Source of the DNA: Bdellovibrionales bacterium
GTDB lineage: Bacteria; Bdellovibrionota; Bdellovibrionia; Bdellovibrionales; UBA1609
Reading direction: 5' to 3'
Length of the DNA: 64,000 bases
NCBI GenBank assembly: GCA_041391465.1
Contig: JAWKNX010000006.1
Span: 32,789-96,788 of the forward strand
Under the pieces are notes generated by a model. It was given only the letters and a program-made list of their open reading frames with translations, searched no databases and was not told where the DNA came from. This document shows positions 23,021 to 32,475 of the stretch, one piece after another. Position numbers and translations under genes: made by a program. Within the stretch, counting starts at the first letter, position 1; each line of letters opens with the position of its first letter.

Positions 23021-23450
23021 CTAAAGGCAGGTCCATTTTATGATGTAAAAAATACATGAGTACACAGATAAGGATGATGCATATCCATAGTAAGGGCCAT
23101 AATAGTAAACGATTGTCCCATAGTCCCCGTCCTCTAAATAATGCCCATAACAGGGGGCAAAGCCACTTAAATTGACTTGTTCAAAAACCAGAAACCCTCG
23201 CACCATACACCAAGACATGGCGAGGATACTGGTTACAACACACAACCAATCGGCCAATATTGTCACGATCTCGATAGCCAATCCACATCAAAAATAATGC
23301 GATGAGATTGATGTAACCAAACCTTACCAGAGCACTATAAAAATAAGAGGCCGTACCATTTTCGCAGGTCTCAAGAGCCAACATGAGAACCGTAAAAAAA
23401 GACGTTGCGAGCAATAGGGCTGCACCAACTTTTCCAATGACCCTACCCAT
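23021..23450 (-). pseudogene. small hydrophobic membrane protein, one frameshift
   Basis: Fragments 23181-23450 and 23021-23281 overlap and are collinear. Both are rich in TM-like segments, and the tail is Tyr/Gly-rich (YYYGPYYGYA). Confidence 0.35.
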
Positions 23451-23481
23451 TTATAATCCACCCATCTTAGCGACCACTTTT

Positions 23482-23835
23482 TTAAGACTTGTCTCTTCGA
23501 ACCACTTCAATTTCAGCATTAATTCTAAATTTATGATTTTCAGCAAATCGAGAGGCCTCTTCTACAAAATCTATACCCTTAATGATTCTTACCACTTCTT
23601 TAGAAACCACACCCATCATTTCTTCTTTGGATTTAGTCGCCCCTTGAACCAGTAACTGTAATACTTCTTTTGGCAGCTTTATCCCCCCAAGGTAAGACCT
23701 AATGCCCTCTTCAGTCATGAATGCCGCTCCAATGCCGGCGCTCACCAATTTTTTTACAAGTTCGCCCACGCCAATGGTATCATCTTGAAAGTTATCTTCG
23801 CTGCTTTCTGATTTTTTTTCTTTTTTATCGGCCAT
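23482..23835 (-). CDS. hypothetical protein (117 aa, Lys/Glu-rich N-terminus)
   Basis: This is an intact ORF that overlaps the upstream SRPBCC gene by 11 nt, which suggests coupling. No motif is recognised. Confidence 0.5.
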   Translation of the reverse strand: MADKKEKKSESSEDNFQDDTIGVGELVKKLVSAGIGAAFMTEEGIRSYLGGIKLPKEVLQLLVQGATKSKEEMMGVVSKEVVRIIKGIDFVEEASRFAENHKFRINAEIEVVRRDKS

Positions 23836-24199
23836 AAACTTCTTTCACCCGTTTGTGATAGGAACTCATCATGTTTGGTAAATTGACATTTACTAAAGTC
23901 TTAGCAATTGGACCGGGCACAAACCCTTTAAATTTAGCTTCCACTTTATAAGTTGCTCTCGTCTTGCCGGCTTCATCTTCCAACTTCCATGAGCCATTTG
24001 ATACTTTAAAAATATCTCCTGAATCCAAATGCCACGTAATGGAGTGTGTGGGCTCCTCTTCCATCCAAAGTTTGTATTTAAAACTTTTCACTACATTCAC
24101 AGAGTATTCTACTAATTTTTTATTGCCATCCGTTTCGACAATTCGGCAGTCAGAGACTTCTGATAAAAACTTAGGGTAGCTCTCATCATCTGATATCAA
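23825..24199 (-). CDS. SRPBCC (polyketide cyclase/dehydrase-like) family protein
   Basis: The pattern YPKFLSEVSDCRIVE...W.L...G...V.G.W.L...G.T...Y.V matches the cyclase/dehydrase fold. The frame is open a further 35 codons upstream without a canonical start, so the N-terminus is uncertain. Confidence 0.55.
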   Translation of the reverse strand: MISDDESYPKFLSEVSDCRIVETDGNKKLVEYSVNVVKSFKYKLWMEEEPTHSITWHLDSGDIFKVSNGSWKLEDEAGKTRATYKVEAKFKGFVPGPIAKTLVNVNLPNMMSSYHKRVKEVYGR

Positions 24200-24311
24200 T
24201 TTAAAAAACTCTTCCGGAGAACAGTTAAAGACTTCCGTTGTTTCTGCAGGTGCCAGTGCATTTTCCTTTTTAAACGTTATTAAAATGTTAAATAATTTAA
24301 TTTTTAAATCT

Positions 24312-24596
24312 CTATTTTTTAAAAAGTGCTTCCGCTGCCGCTAACAGATCTTGTTTGCTTTCTATCGCATTACCATTTCCACCGCCCAATTGAAAATAGT
24401 CACAGAAATTGGCTCTATCCTTTTCTTTAACCACATCGGCCTGAACTTCTTTGCATTCATTGTACGCATTAGCGTCATAGAACTTGCAGTTATAGCAGCA
24501 ATGAATGTCCGCTCCACAATTGTCGCACTCATCTCGACGACCCACTTCAGCGGATATTTCCATTTCAGATTTACAACTAAAGCAATTGTATTTCAC
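24312..24596 (-). CDS. small cysteine-rich (zinc-ribbon-like) protein
   Basis: A GTG (rc) at 24594-24596 gives VKYNCFSCKSEM...CDNCGADIHCCYNCKFY...C...FCDYF, with several CxxC pairs. The longer track ORF (to 24650) would overlap glpX. Confidence 0.5.
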   Translation of the reverse strand: MKYNCFSCKSEMEISAEVGRRDECDNCGADIHCCYNCKFYDANAYNECKEVQADVVKEKDRANFCDYFQLGGGNGNAIESKQDLLAAAEALFKK

Positions 24597-24606
24597 TAGT
24601 GACAAC

Positions 24607-25572
24607 TTAAAACTCCAACAGTTTTTTCTCGAGATGATGCTCAGCTTCAACTCTTCGAATAGTTCCCGTCTTTGAGCGCATAACTATTGAGTGGGTTGTT
24701 GCACGTCTACCAGGCAATACTTTTACCCCTCTCAACAAGGGGCCATCTGTCACGCCTGTGGCGACAAACATAACGTCACCCATAGCGAGTTCGTCTCGGG
24801 TGTAGATTTTATCAGGCTCAGAAACTCCCATTTTAATAGCACGTTCTTTTTCTTCATCACTTCTGAATCGCAACCGTCCCACGAAGTCTCCATCAAGACA
24901 CTTGGCTGCGGCGGCTGTTATTACGCCCTCTGGCGCTCCTCCCGTGCCCATCATGATATCAATTCCAGTTTCCTCCCAACAAGTCGCTATTCCGGCTGAA
25001 ACATCGCCATCGCCAATCAGGTGAATTCGTGCTCCCATTTTTCGAACTCGAGAAATAAGATCCTCATGCCGAGGTCTTTCTAGAATGACGACCGTCAAGT
25101 CCTCAACTGATTTCTCCAACGCCTTAGCAACAGATGTAAGATTGTCCTCGACAGTCGCCTCCAATGAAATGACTCCTTTTGCTTTTGGCCCCACAGCAAT
25201 TTTTTCCATGTAAGTGTCAGGTGCATGCAGAAAATTGCCACGCTCGGCGATGGCAATGACTGAAAGTGCGCCGACATCGCCTGTGGCACATAGGTTCGTA
25301 CCCTCCAACGGATCCAAAGCTATATCTACTTTTGGGTCTTCTGGTAATCTTTTTCCCACGGGCTCACCAATATAAAGCATTGGAGCTTCATCTCGCTCGC
25401 CTTCGCCAATCACCACGATCCCATCAATGTTCACACTATCAAAAGCCTTTCTCATGGCATCGACAGCGGCTTGGTCGGCCGCATCTCGATCACCTCTTCC
25501 GGTAAAACGGGCACATGCAAGGGCTGCAAATTCAGTGATTCGTACAAATTCAAGTGCCAGGTTTCTATCCAT
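24607..25572 (-). CDS. glpX: class II fructose-1,6-bisphosphatase GlpX
   Basis: The 321-aa product contains MDRNLALEFVRITEFAALA, VVIGEGERDEAPML, DPLEGTN and HLIGDGDV, which match GlpX-type FBPase. Confidence 0.9.
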   Translation of the reverse strand: MDRNLALEFVRITEFAALACARFTGRGDRDAADQAAVDAMRKAFDSVNIDGIVVIGEGERDEAPMLYIGEPVGKRLPEDPKVDIALDPLEGTNLCATGDVGALSVIAIAERGNFLHAPDTYMEKIAVGPKAKGVISLEATVEDNLTSVAKALEKSVEDLTVVILERPRHEDLISRVRKMGARIHLIGDGDVSAGIATCWEETGIDIMMGTGGAPEGVITAAAAKCLDGDFVGRLRFRSDEEKERAIKMGVSEPDKIYTRDELAMGDVMFVATGVTDGPLLRGVKVLPGRRATTHSIVMRSKTGTIRRVEAEHHLEKKLLEF

Positions 25573-26347
25573 TTTTGCTCTCCTGTTTTAGGGATGGGGC
25601 TTCATTTAATCTTTCAACTATTGTATCAAACACCGGAGCGAGCTCCGTTTCGAGAGTGTGCAGTTGGACCAACACGCTTAAAACTCGAGTCAAAATTTCC
25701 GTATCGGTTTTTTCCGGTGGTTTTTGCGAGCTCAAATCCCCTTCAGAATAGAGATTTTGCACCTGGCTCGATTCGGCAACTCCACCCACTTTAATATCTC
25801 CATCATTATAGGAAAAGGAGCAATCATCCAACAATACTATCACCTGAGTGACCAGCAATTTGGAATCATTCAACCAAAGGTAAACCTGAAGATCCGAAGG
25901 ACCCTGATACCAGTAGGTACACGTTAATTGATGAGAGTAATACTTTGGTTCAATTTTTCGAAGATGAGCACCGACTAGTTTATCTTTCAAATATTTTTCA
26001 AACAAGAGATGCGCTTTTGCGTCCATATCTTCAAAATAAAGTCCCACCAAGCCATTCTTTATCCACATGACTTCTACCTGTGCTTCACAAACATCTTGAT
26101 TAGAAAATTGGATATGAACAGGGTAACTTTGGCAGGCCTGCAAACTGACATGTTCGGGCACTTCTGCGGCAGCACCACGGTAACTTAAGTCGACTATTTT
26201 TGTCTTTTCACCGTTTCCCCACTCCAACCCAACATCCATAAATGATTGAGCCAAATCGTGGGCAACGTGCGTAGAGATTCGGGTGTACTTTCGACCACTG
26301 GGCCGATTTTGGGTGGCATTCCCTTCTTTTTTTTGACCTTCTGCCAT
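25565..26347 (-). CDS. PilZ domain-containing protein (putative c-di-GMP receptor)
   Basis: The 260-aa product has RKYTR (RxxxR) followed by DLSYRGAA (D/NxSxxG). The gene overlaps the glpX start by 8 nt. Confidence 0.65.
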   Translation of the reverse strand: MAEGQKKEGNATQNRPSGRKYTRISTHVAHDLAQSFMDVGLEWGNGEKTKIVDLSYRGAAAEVPEHVSLQACQSYPVHIQFSNQDVCEAQVEVMWIKNGLVGLYFEDMDAKAHLLFEKYLKDKLVGAHLRKIEPKYYSHQLTCTYWYQGPSDLQVYLWLNDSKLLVTQVIVLLDDCSFSYNDGDIKVGGVAESSQVQNLYSEGDLSSQKPPEKTDTEILTRVLSVLVQLHTLETELAPVFDTIVERLNEAPSLKQESKNG

Positions 26348-26971
26348 TTAACTAAAATCCTCTTCAAGCAGCGCCCTCAATCGTTTCGCAGCCTGTTGCA
26401 TTATGACTTCCATTCCAAACTCGATGAAAAACTTTGGTATTCCTAATGACTTATAGCGGTGGACTCCATAAAGCGCAATCTGTGATTTCCGCCCCTCTAT
26501 AGGGCTAAATACAAATTGAAGTTTCATTCCACTAAAAAATCCGCCAACAACGTTCCAAACTATTCTAGGGGACTTTTCATCCAAATGGTGTTCCACATTA
26601 ATGATAAATCGTGCTGTATAATTGAAGGCTGAGGTGTTTAATACTAGGCGTTTTTGCTTTGCATCATATTGCATGCTGTTTATGACGTTGGAGAGTTTTT
26701 TTAAAGTTTCATATTGAATGGCTGCTTTTGCAGCTTCTGAAGGTGGCATGTGGATCACGCCCATTGCCTGTAGCGTGAGCAATTTACTACCATTAGAGTC
26801 CTCAGACTCATTCACGTAAACTAAAATTTCTCTGCTATCGCGGGTGCGAGCGACCAGCTCAGGTCTTCCCTCCCAAAACCCTTTGTCAGACGATGAGCTC
26901 TCAGCCAATACCGTCGCAGGAATCACCGCAATAAAAACAATTAATAGGATCAATTTCTCAAATAAAATCAT
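26348..26971 (-). CDS. secreted hypothetical protein (possibly SRPBCC/START-like)
   Basis: The Met at 26971 gives the signal peptide MILFEKLILLIVFIAVIPATVLA/ES. The stop abuts the PilZ gene start. Confidence 0.5.
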   Translation of the reverse strand: MILFEKLILLIVFIAVIPATVLAESSSSDKGFWEGRPELVARTRDSREILVYVNESEDSNGSKLLTLQAMGVIHMPPSEAAKAAIQYETLKKLSNVINSMQYDAKQKRLVLNTSAFNYTARFIINVEHHLDEKSPRIVWNVVGGFFSGMKLQFVFSPIEGRKSQIALYGVHRYKSLGIPKFFIEFGMEVIMQQAAKRLRALLEEDFS

Positions 26972-27037
26972 AATATTATCTCTACCCAAGCAAACCGAAT
27001 GTGCTAGGATCGTATCACTAATTGTAAAGAGAAACCA

Positions 27038-27607
27038 ATGTCAGTTTTTAATTCCCAAAATGCACCTATGCTTGCGACCTACTCAAGGATGTTGGCCGCA
27101 ATACCCATAATAATTTTGTATTATATGGGAGGTACATGGGCGGAGTGGCCTATTGTTGTTGTTTTTATGGTGGCGTCTTGGACCGATTGGCTTGATGGGT
27201 ATTTGGCAAGAAAATTTCAAACCGAATCGGACATGGGAAAGTTCATGGACCCCATCGCCGACAAACTCCTCGTGTTAACCTGCTTGATACTTTTAGTGCA
27301 CGCCCGAAAGTTAGACCCTATTTTAGTTGTACTCTTGGTTGGGCGAGATATTTATATCGGCGGCATTCGAGCTGTAGCCGCTAAAGAAAACGTAGTCATT
27401 GCCGCTAAAGCTTTTGGAAAATGGAAAACTGCTTTGCAGATGTTTTCAATCCCTTGCCTGTTTATTTTTAAACCTGAATTGTTTTTTAACCTTCCCATTG
27501 ATCTTATTGGTGTTTATGGCCTTTGGGTGAGTGTAGTTCTCAGCGGCTTTTCTGGTATTCAATACACTATGGGCTATTACAAAGGTTCACGGAGCTTCAC
27601 CCAATGA
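27038..27607 (+). CDS. pgsA: CDP-diacylglycerol--glycerol-3-phosphate 3-phosphatidyltransferase
   Basis: The 189-aa product carries the CDP-alcohol phosphatidyltransferase motif DWLDGYLARKFQTESDMGKFMDPIADK and has multiple TM helices. Confidence 0.9.
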   Translation: MSVFNSQNAPMLATYSRMLAAIPIIILYYMGGTWAEWPIVVVFMVASWTDWLDGYLARKFQTESDMGKFMDPIADKLLVLTCLILLVHARKLDPILVVLLVGRDIYIGGIRAVAAKENVVIAAKAFGKWKTALQMFSIPCLFIFKPELFFNLPIDLIGVYGLWVSVVLSGFSGIQYTMGYYKGSRSFTQ

Positions 27608-28215
27608 TTTTTAAAAAAACTCGATGGGAAATTAATCGTCATTTTGTACTTCGCTTGTTTATTGCCATCATCTCCCTTTTAATGGTGATTCAATGGTATG
27701 AATGGACCACCCTATTTGGAGACGTCATCAGTGATATCGAATATGGCCGTGTCGTTCCTTGGCCACTGGGTTCTGCTTGGGAATCCTTTGTTTCCAATTT
27801 TATTTATGCCAATTTTAACTTAGTAAGGTTTTCTGGGATAGCATTGGCGGTCCTTGCTATATTACTCACATTCAATACTCATACTTATATTGCCGCATTT
27901 TTTGTTTCAATGTTTGCCTTTATTTTGTTGCAGGTCTTCTTTTTCTGCGACTATCGACTGGGCTCGCACGTACATCATGTTTTGAGCCTACTTGGTTTGG
28001 TTTTCTTTTTCCTACCCAATAAAAGAAAATCTATAAAAACTTTAGTGCTACTTATTTTTGTTATTTCTGGATTGTACCAGTTAAACACAGACTATTTGAC
28101 CGCTCGAGCGCACAATATCAACTGGATCCTCAACTTACAGATTCCCTTTGTTGTGGTTATGCTATTTTTACGAATCACGAGCCCGTTTTACTTTTTGGCA
28201 AAAATAAAAAGCTGA
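27604..28215 (+). CDS. multi-pass membrane protein (possibly HTTM-like); may continue, disrupted, to about 28714
   Basis: The ATG at 27604 overlaps the pgsA stop (ATGA). The product is about 200 aa with 5-6 hydrophobic helices. Downstream frames (28221-28380, 28457-28714) look like continuations. Confidence 0.45.
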   Translation: MIFKKTRWEINRHFVLRLFIAIISLLMVIQWYEWTTLFGDVISDIEYGRVVPWPLGSAWESFVSNFIYANFNLVRFSGIALAVLAILLTFNTHTYIAAFFVSMFAFILLQVFFFCDYRLGSHVHHVLSLLGLVFFFLPNKRKSIKTLVLLIFVISGLYQLNTDYLTARAHNINWILNLQIPFVVVMLFLRITSPFYFLAKIKS

Positions 28216-28788
28216 GATATATGGGTGGCATATTATTTTTGTCCTGCCTGGTTTTCGAGTTTTACACGGTGACCTCGCCCTATTTTGTTCTCCTCTCGTC
28301 TTTTTGTTGGCATTTCTTTACTTTGACCAAAAGGAAAAAGAAGAATCGATTCAAGATACCAATCCTTTATACTGCCTGAACCCACCCTGTTTGGCCGTTT
28401 GCCATTGCATTGGCCTATATCGGGGCTCAATTTAGTTTTTATTATTTGCCGCAATCTTGGCCGGATCGATGCGATACTTTGCTTTGCACAGTCGACCCAA
28501 AATCATTTCCTGTGCCACGGCCATAGCAACCTATTCGACCAATTTATCCCAACTGATTAAGTCGGAGATCGGCGTGCCAACAAACAATAGATGCGACATT
28601 GTTGAGGTCTGCCAACTCGTAAAAAACCAGTGCGCCAACCAGCTGTCCGGCGACAACGTAAAAGTTCAAATTATTCATGAAAGTAAATTTTTATCCGGCC
28701 CTTTTTCGCGATAGAGAAGCCGACTTGAAAATGTACGACGTCAATTTTGTGAAAAATTATTGAAAGCATCATTTGTAGAGGTCACTCA

Positions 28789-30110
28789 ATGGATCAAAAT
28801 TCAGGAATCAAAAAGCAAATTCTTTTAGGCTCGTACTTGATATGCCTGGGGTTGTTTGTTTTATTTACACAAGCAATACCCCTCATTTTCAGATTTTTAT
28901 GCGAAGTATGCAACAACCCGATATCGAAAACTCTGAAACCATCAGTACAATCGATTTCAGAGTCAGTGACGTGGAAAAGGCTGTCAACGTGGAGCCTTCC
29001 CACTCAAGCTTTACCTGGAGTGCCAATTTAGAAACAAAAAAACTATAGATCCAGACAACTCAAGCCGAGTCTTTCCCGTGGGTAAAAATCACCTTTTGAG
29101 AGGAGTGGGCAAGAATCAAATCACCCTGCAAGATACTGAAGACAATATTGTTTGGACACTACAGCTTAAAACAGAAAACATAGAAGTTAATGAACAAATT
29201 GTTTCTGAAAAATATATTTTTACGGGTGAATCAATCACAGATACTCGCGGTTGATATTGAAAAGGGCGTTCTCGTATGGCAAAGCCAATTCAATTATAAT
29301 GAAATTAAGTCATTAAAGCTCGTTGGTGGCAGACTATTTATTAACGTTATCGAAGAAAAAGACGGCGTCTACGACAGCGCCTTTGAAAAACTCATTGAAG
29401 TCAAAATTGCAACAGGTGACATTAAAAGCATTAGTCCCGTCATCGGATACCTGGACAACTATGATATCGCAATAAAGGATTCAAATACAATTCTGGGAGT
29501 CAATGGCAAAAACTACTTTTGTCTGGGATCAAAATAAAAATGAAATCAAAAAACAGGACGCTTTTGCATGAAGCATTACTCAGTTTCATTTGTGGGAGAT
29601 CACATCTTTTTTGCAACAATCGATGAAAGCGAGTTGTTTAAATTCAATTCTGCGACCCTTGAAGTGGAATGGCATCACCCCATTCGGTTTAAAACAGAAA
29701 AAGCACCGTATTATGTTGACCATCATAATCTCGTTCTTGCTTTAAGCAATTCCGGATACGTCCAAGCCTTTGATGCCAAAAACGGCGATAGCGAATGGAG
29801 GTACAACTTTAGAAATCAAAACACATTGGATGAATCTTTGATGGTGCGCCTGGGCTCAAAAAGCATTCAAAAATTCGAATTGGGCTGGCGCTATAAAGGC
29901 TATGTCCTTGCAATGCCCTGCCGGTCGGGTCAAATTTGTTTAATGGACCCGCAAAAGGGGCAACTTATTTCAACTCTCAATTTTCACCTCAATGATATTG
30001 TTTCTACACCGCAATTCAACGACTCATGGGCTTGGGCAATAGGTAAAGATGAAACAGATGGGTTGAAACTCGTTAAAATTATTGAGCGAACTGATACAAA
30101 AACTGAATAA
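28789..30110 (+). pseudogene. membrane-anchored PQQ/BamB-like beta-propeller repeat protein, fragmented
   Basis: The N-terminal TM segment is ILLGSYLICLGLFVLF. Fragments 29190-29537 and 29568-30110 carry repeats such as LAVDIEKGVLVWQSQF and VQAFDAKNGDSEWRYNF. Confidence 0.45.
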
Positions 30111-30230
30111 AAAAATTGGAGGCTATGACCCCCAGCTTTTCAATATGTTTAAAATTATTATTTAGAATATTCACTTTTTGAAATATTTGGAGTTAGGGCA
30201 AAAATCACACTAACTCCTAGAAATGTTTGA

Positions 30231-31295
30231 CTAAAACAAATTACAAGTATCGGCACCGTTGCCACATGCAAGGACCTCAGCCCAATCAGATATTACCGGC
30301 AAGATCACTCCATCGGTCAAAGCGTCTTTTACGTTAGCTATATCATTAGCGTCCGTCAAAGTATTTGGCAAAGTGATCATTCCAGCATCTAGCCCCAACT
30401 TGAGCACTTGCGCAAAATGATTCAACGTATCTACTTCTGTACCTGCAAAAAATAAAGCCGCTTGTATTTCTGCAAGTATATTTCCCTCTAACTCAGCCAT
30501 TAGCAATCTTTCAACTGATAGAATAAATTCGCTAAATTCATACCCCGTATATTCAACATCACCATAACTGTAAACGGTGTCGCCGAGATAAGGGTTTGCG
30601 GGCGAACTTCTTGACTGTTCAAAAAACACAGCAACATCTGCATATATATACCCATAAGGATTGTCAGAATAAAAATCCTGAATACTTGCTCCAACTGTAA
30701 TTATAGGATAGGGGCAGGAATCTGCTCCATGCGAGCAAGCTAAAGTTGCTAGCCAATCCTCATGCGGCTGATAATACCCACCACTCAAATCATTGATTGC
30801 TGCAGGAATATCCGTAATAGAATCTGGGAATGTCACAAGCTCAGCCACATATGCTAACGCAATAATCCTACCAAATTGTAAAATGTTATCCATTTCCATT
30901 GCCGCCATGATAATCTTTTGACGGATCTCTTCTTTCAACTCTTCGCTAGGATTATTGTTCAAAGCCACTAACATATCTTGAATAAATTGAGTTAACTCAG
31001 CATCGGTGTACGGCGTACCGTTATTATATACTGTTTCACCGATTTGCGTCGGGCCATTTCTTTCTCCAGCATAAAACACATAGGCGTCGTCAAATGAATT
31101 TTGAAGCTGATTGGCAAACTCCGAATAGAAATTTAATATCGAATCATAATCCGGTGAAGACGACATTCCTTCTACAAGAATTTCTTCACAAAATTCAGCG
31201 TTATCCCCACCAGTCAAACAATCTTGTGCGTTCGCTGTGTTAACCAAGCCGAAGCTTAAAATCAATCCCCATAAAAATGCTAAATATTTTTTCAC
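30231..31295 (-). CDS. secreted two-module paralog 1 (unrecognised family)
   Basis: The product is 354 aa with a GTG start and the signal peptide MKKYLAFLWGLILSFGLVNTANA/QD. It has two about 150-aa modules. Each module has a helix of the form A-x-x-E-[VM]-D-x3-[HQD]-F-[AG], seen as AAMEMDNILQFG and AGTEVDTLNHFA. Each module also has VTFP or ITLP and a terminal C-x5-C pair (LACSHGADSC, LACGNGADTC). Confidence 0.8.
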   Translation of the reverse strand: MKKYLAFLWGLILSFGLVNTANAQDCLTGGDNAEFCEEILVEGMSSSPDYDSILNFYSEFANQLQNSFDDAYVFYAGERNGPTQIGETVYNNGTPYTDAELTQFIQDMLVALNNNPSEELKEEIRQKIIMAAMEMDNILQFGRIIALAYVAELVTFPDSITDIPAAINDLSGGYYQPHEDWLATLACSHGADSCPYPIITVGASIQDFYSDNPYGYIYADVAVFFEQSRSSPANPYLGDTVYSYGDVEYTGYEFSEFILSVERLLMAELEGNILAEIQAALFFAGTEVDTLNHFAQVLKLGLDAGMITLPNTLTDANDIANVKDALTDGVILPVISDWAEVLACGNGADTCNLF

Positions 31296-31344
31296 TCTAC
31301 CACTCCTCTTTGTTTTTATTTTTTATATCTGACGAATTTATTTT

Positions 31345-31382
31345 TTAAGTAAAAATATCTGGAGGCGCTGCCCTCCAGATAT
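31345..31382 (-). terminator. intrinsic terminator after paralog 2
   Basis: There is a perfect 11-bp stem ATATCTGGAGG / CCTCCAGATAT (31355-31365 / 31372-31382) with loop CGCTGC. On the minus strand it is followed by TTTTACTT. It lies 58 bp past the stop at 31440. Confidence 0.75.
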
Positions 31383-31439
31383 TTCGGGTGTAACAAACTT
31401 ATTTTGCAGACATCCTTTTAAAATAATAGTTTTAATCGA

Positions 31440-32021
31440 TTAATATCGAAGGCGGTCCCCACCAACACAGGCCTCAGACTGATGATAACAAGCTACGTAA
31501 GTAACATAGTCATCTGCAATAGTTGGGATTATCCCCAATCCTAACTGCTCTGCAATAGCTTGTCTTTGCGATTCACTCGGGAAAAGGTCTGTAGGAAGAG
31601 TGATCAATCCTGATTCTAACGCTAAACTAAAAATTAGTGCAAAATCATAAGCATAGTCCACTTCAGTACCTGCAAAAAAGATCACTTCATTGAGTTCTGC
31701 AAGCTCTTCTGCGGTAAGGTTACCATCCCGCAACATCTCCCTAACCGTGTATACGAAGTTGTGAAGATCTTCACTTGTATAGTGAATGTCATCATCGGCA
31801 AGCCGAGGGTCTGGGGAAGGGCCTTCTGGCTCACCGGCTTCACCCGCTGGAGTATAATTTCCGCCGTAATACCAAGCGTTCGCAATTCCGTTACCGCCCG
31901 TACCACATGAATAGCCACAAGTAACTAAGATCTCTTCGATGCCACCTTCGGCGTTAGCAACCCCAATTTGGCCGCACACTAAAATAATTGTACTTAATAT
32001 TACATTGATCGATTTTTTCAT
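31440..32021 (-). CDS. secreted single-module paralog 2 (unrecognised family)
   Basis: The product is 193 aa with the signal peptide MKKSINVILSTIILVCGQIGVANA/EG. It has a Gly-rich linker and one module (FFAGTEVDYAYDFALIFSLALESGLITLP ... VACYHQSEAC). Confidence 0.8.
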   Translation of the reverse strand: MKKSINVILSTIILVCGQIGVANAEGGIEEILVTCGYSCGTGGNGIANAWYYGGNYTPAGEAGEPEGPSPDPRLADDDIHYTSEDLHNFVYTVREMLRDGNLTAEELAELNEVIFFAGTEVDYAYDFALIFSLALESGLITLPTDLFPSESQRQAIAEQLGLGIIPTIADDYVTYVACYHQSEACVGGDRLRY

Positions 32022-32068
32022 CCTACCCCCCTAGTTTGTAGATGTTTTAAATTTGTACTTAGAAAGGA

Positions 32069-32084
32069 AGCACACAACATGCCA
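32069..32084 (-). promoter_or_regulatory. putative sigma-54 (-24/-12) promoter for paralog 2
   Basis: The minus strand reads TGGCATGTTGTGTGCT, compared with the consensus TGGCACG-N4-TTGCW. GG and GC have the exact spacing (GG-N10-GC). It lies about 48 nt upstream of the ATG at 32021. Confidence 0.55.
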
Positions 32085-32214
32085 TAGGTACTGCACGTAT
32101 ATTTTAATCCGAGTTAATTTTGTGTTAAGAAAGTGTTCATCGACTAATAGTTCGACGTTTTTTGAAAAATTTGAGTCCTCAAATGGAACATGTTAGAGAT
32201 CATTTTTTAAGCAC
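32069..32214. repeat. conserved intergenic block, copy A (upstream of paralog 2)
   Basis: Hand alignment with copies B and C gives the shared + strand string AGCACA..CATGCCA...GTTAAT.TTGTGTTAAG.A.GT.TTC....GTTCGAC..TTTT.GAAA.TTT.A.TCCTCAAATG.AACAT.TT......TTTTAAGCA. Confidence 0.8.
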
Positions 32215-32418
32215 TTCTTAAGCCTAATGGGGCGCTAACAAATAATATTTGTATGAAACCGTTTCGAAATGAAATTTCATTGGGATGGGGCTCATCAGTT
32301 GAGACCCCCATGTAAGGATGCGTGAAAAACAAATTGCCAAATGGTTACGCCAAAAGCCGGCTTAATTTGCACCCAACCTAATCATTATTTTTCCTATAAA
32401 ACGAGTGTCAGTTTGAGA

Positions 32419-32444
32419 AACAAAAAGGAGGGTTTGCCCCTCCT
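32419..32444 (-). terminator. intrinsic terminator after paralog 3
   Basis: The stem is AGGAGGG / CCCTCCT (32426-32432 / 32438-32444) with loop TTTGC. On the minus strand it is followed by TTTTTG. Confidence 0.7.
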
Positions 32445-32475
32445 CCTACAAAAAACCTATTCTTCAGAAATCTAG

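Noticed and set aside
30160-30215. The hairpin GGAGTTAG...CTAACTCC downstream of paralog 1, considered as a terminator.
   Set aside because: It has a 13-nt loop and no convincing U-run on either strand. It is much weaker than the four terminators annotated after the other paralogs.
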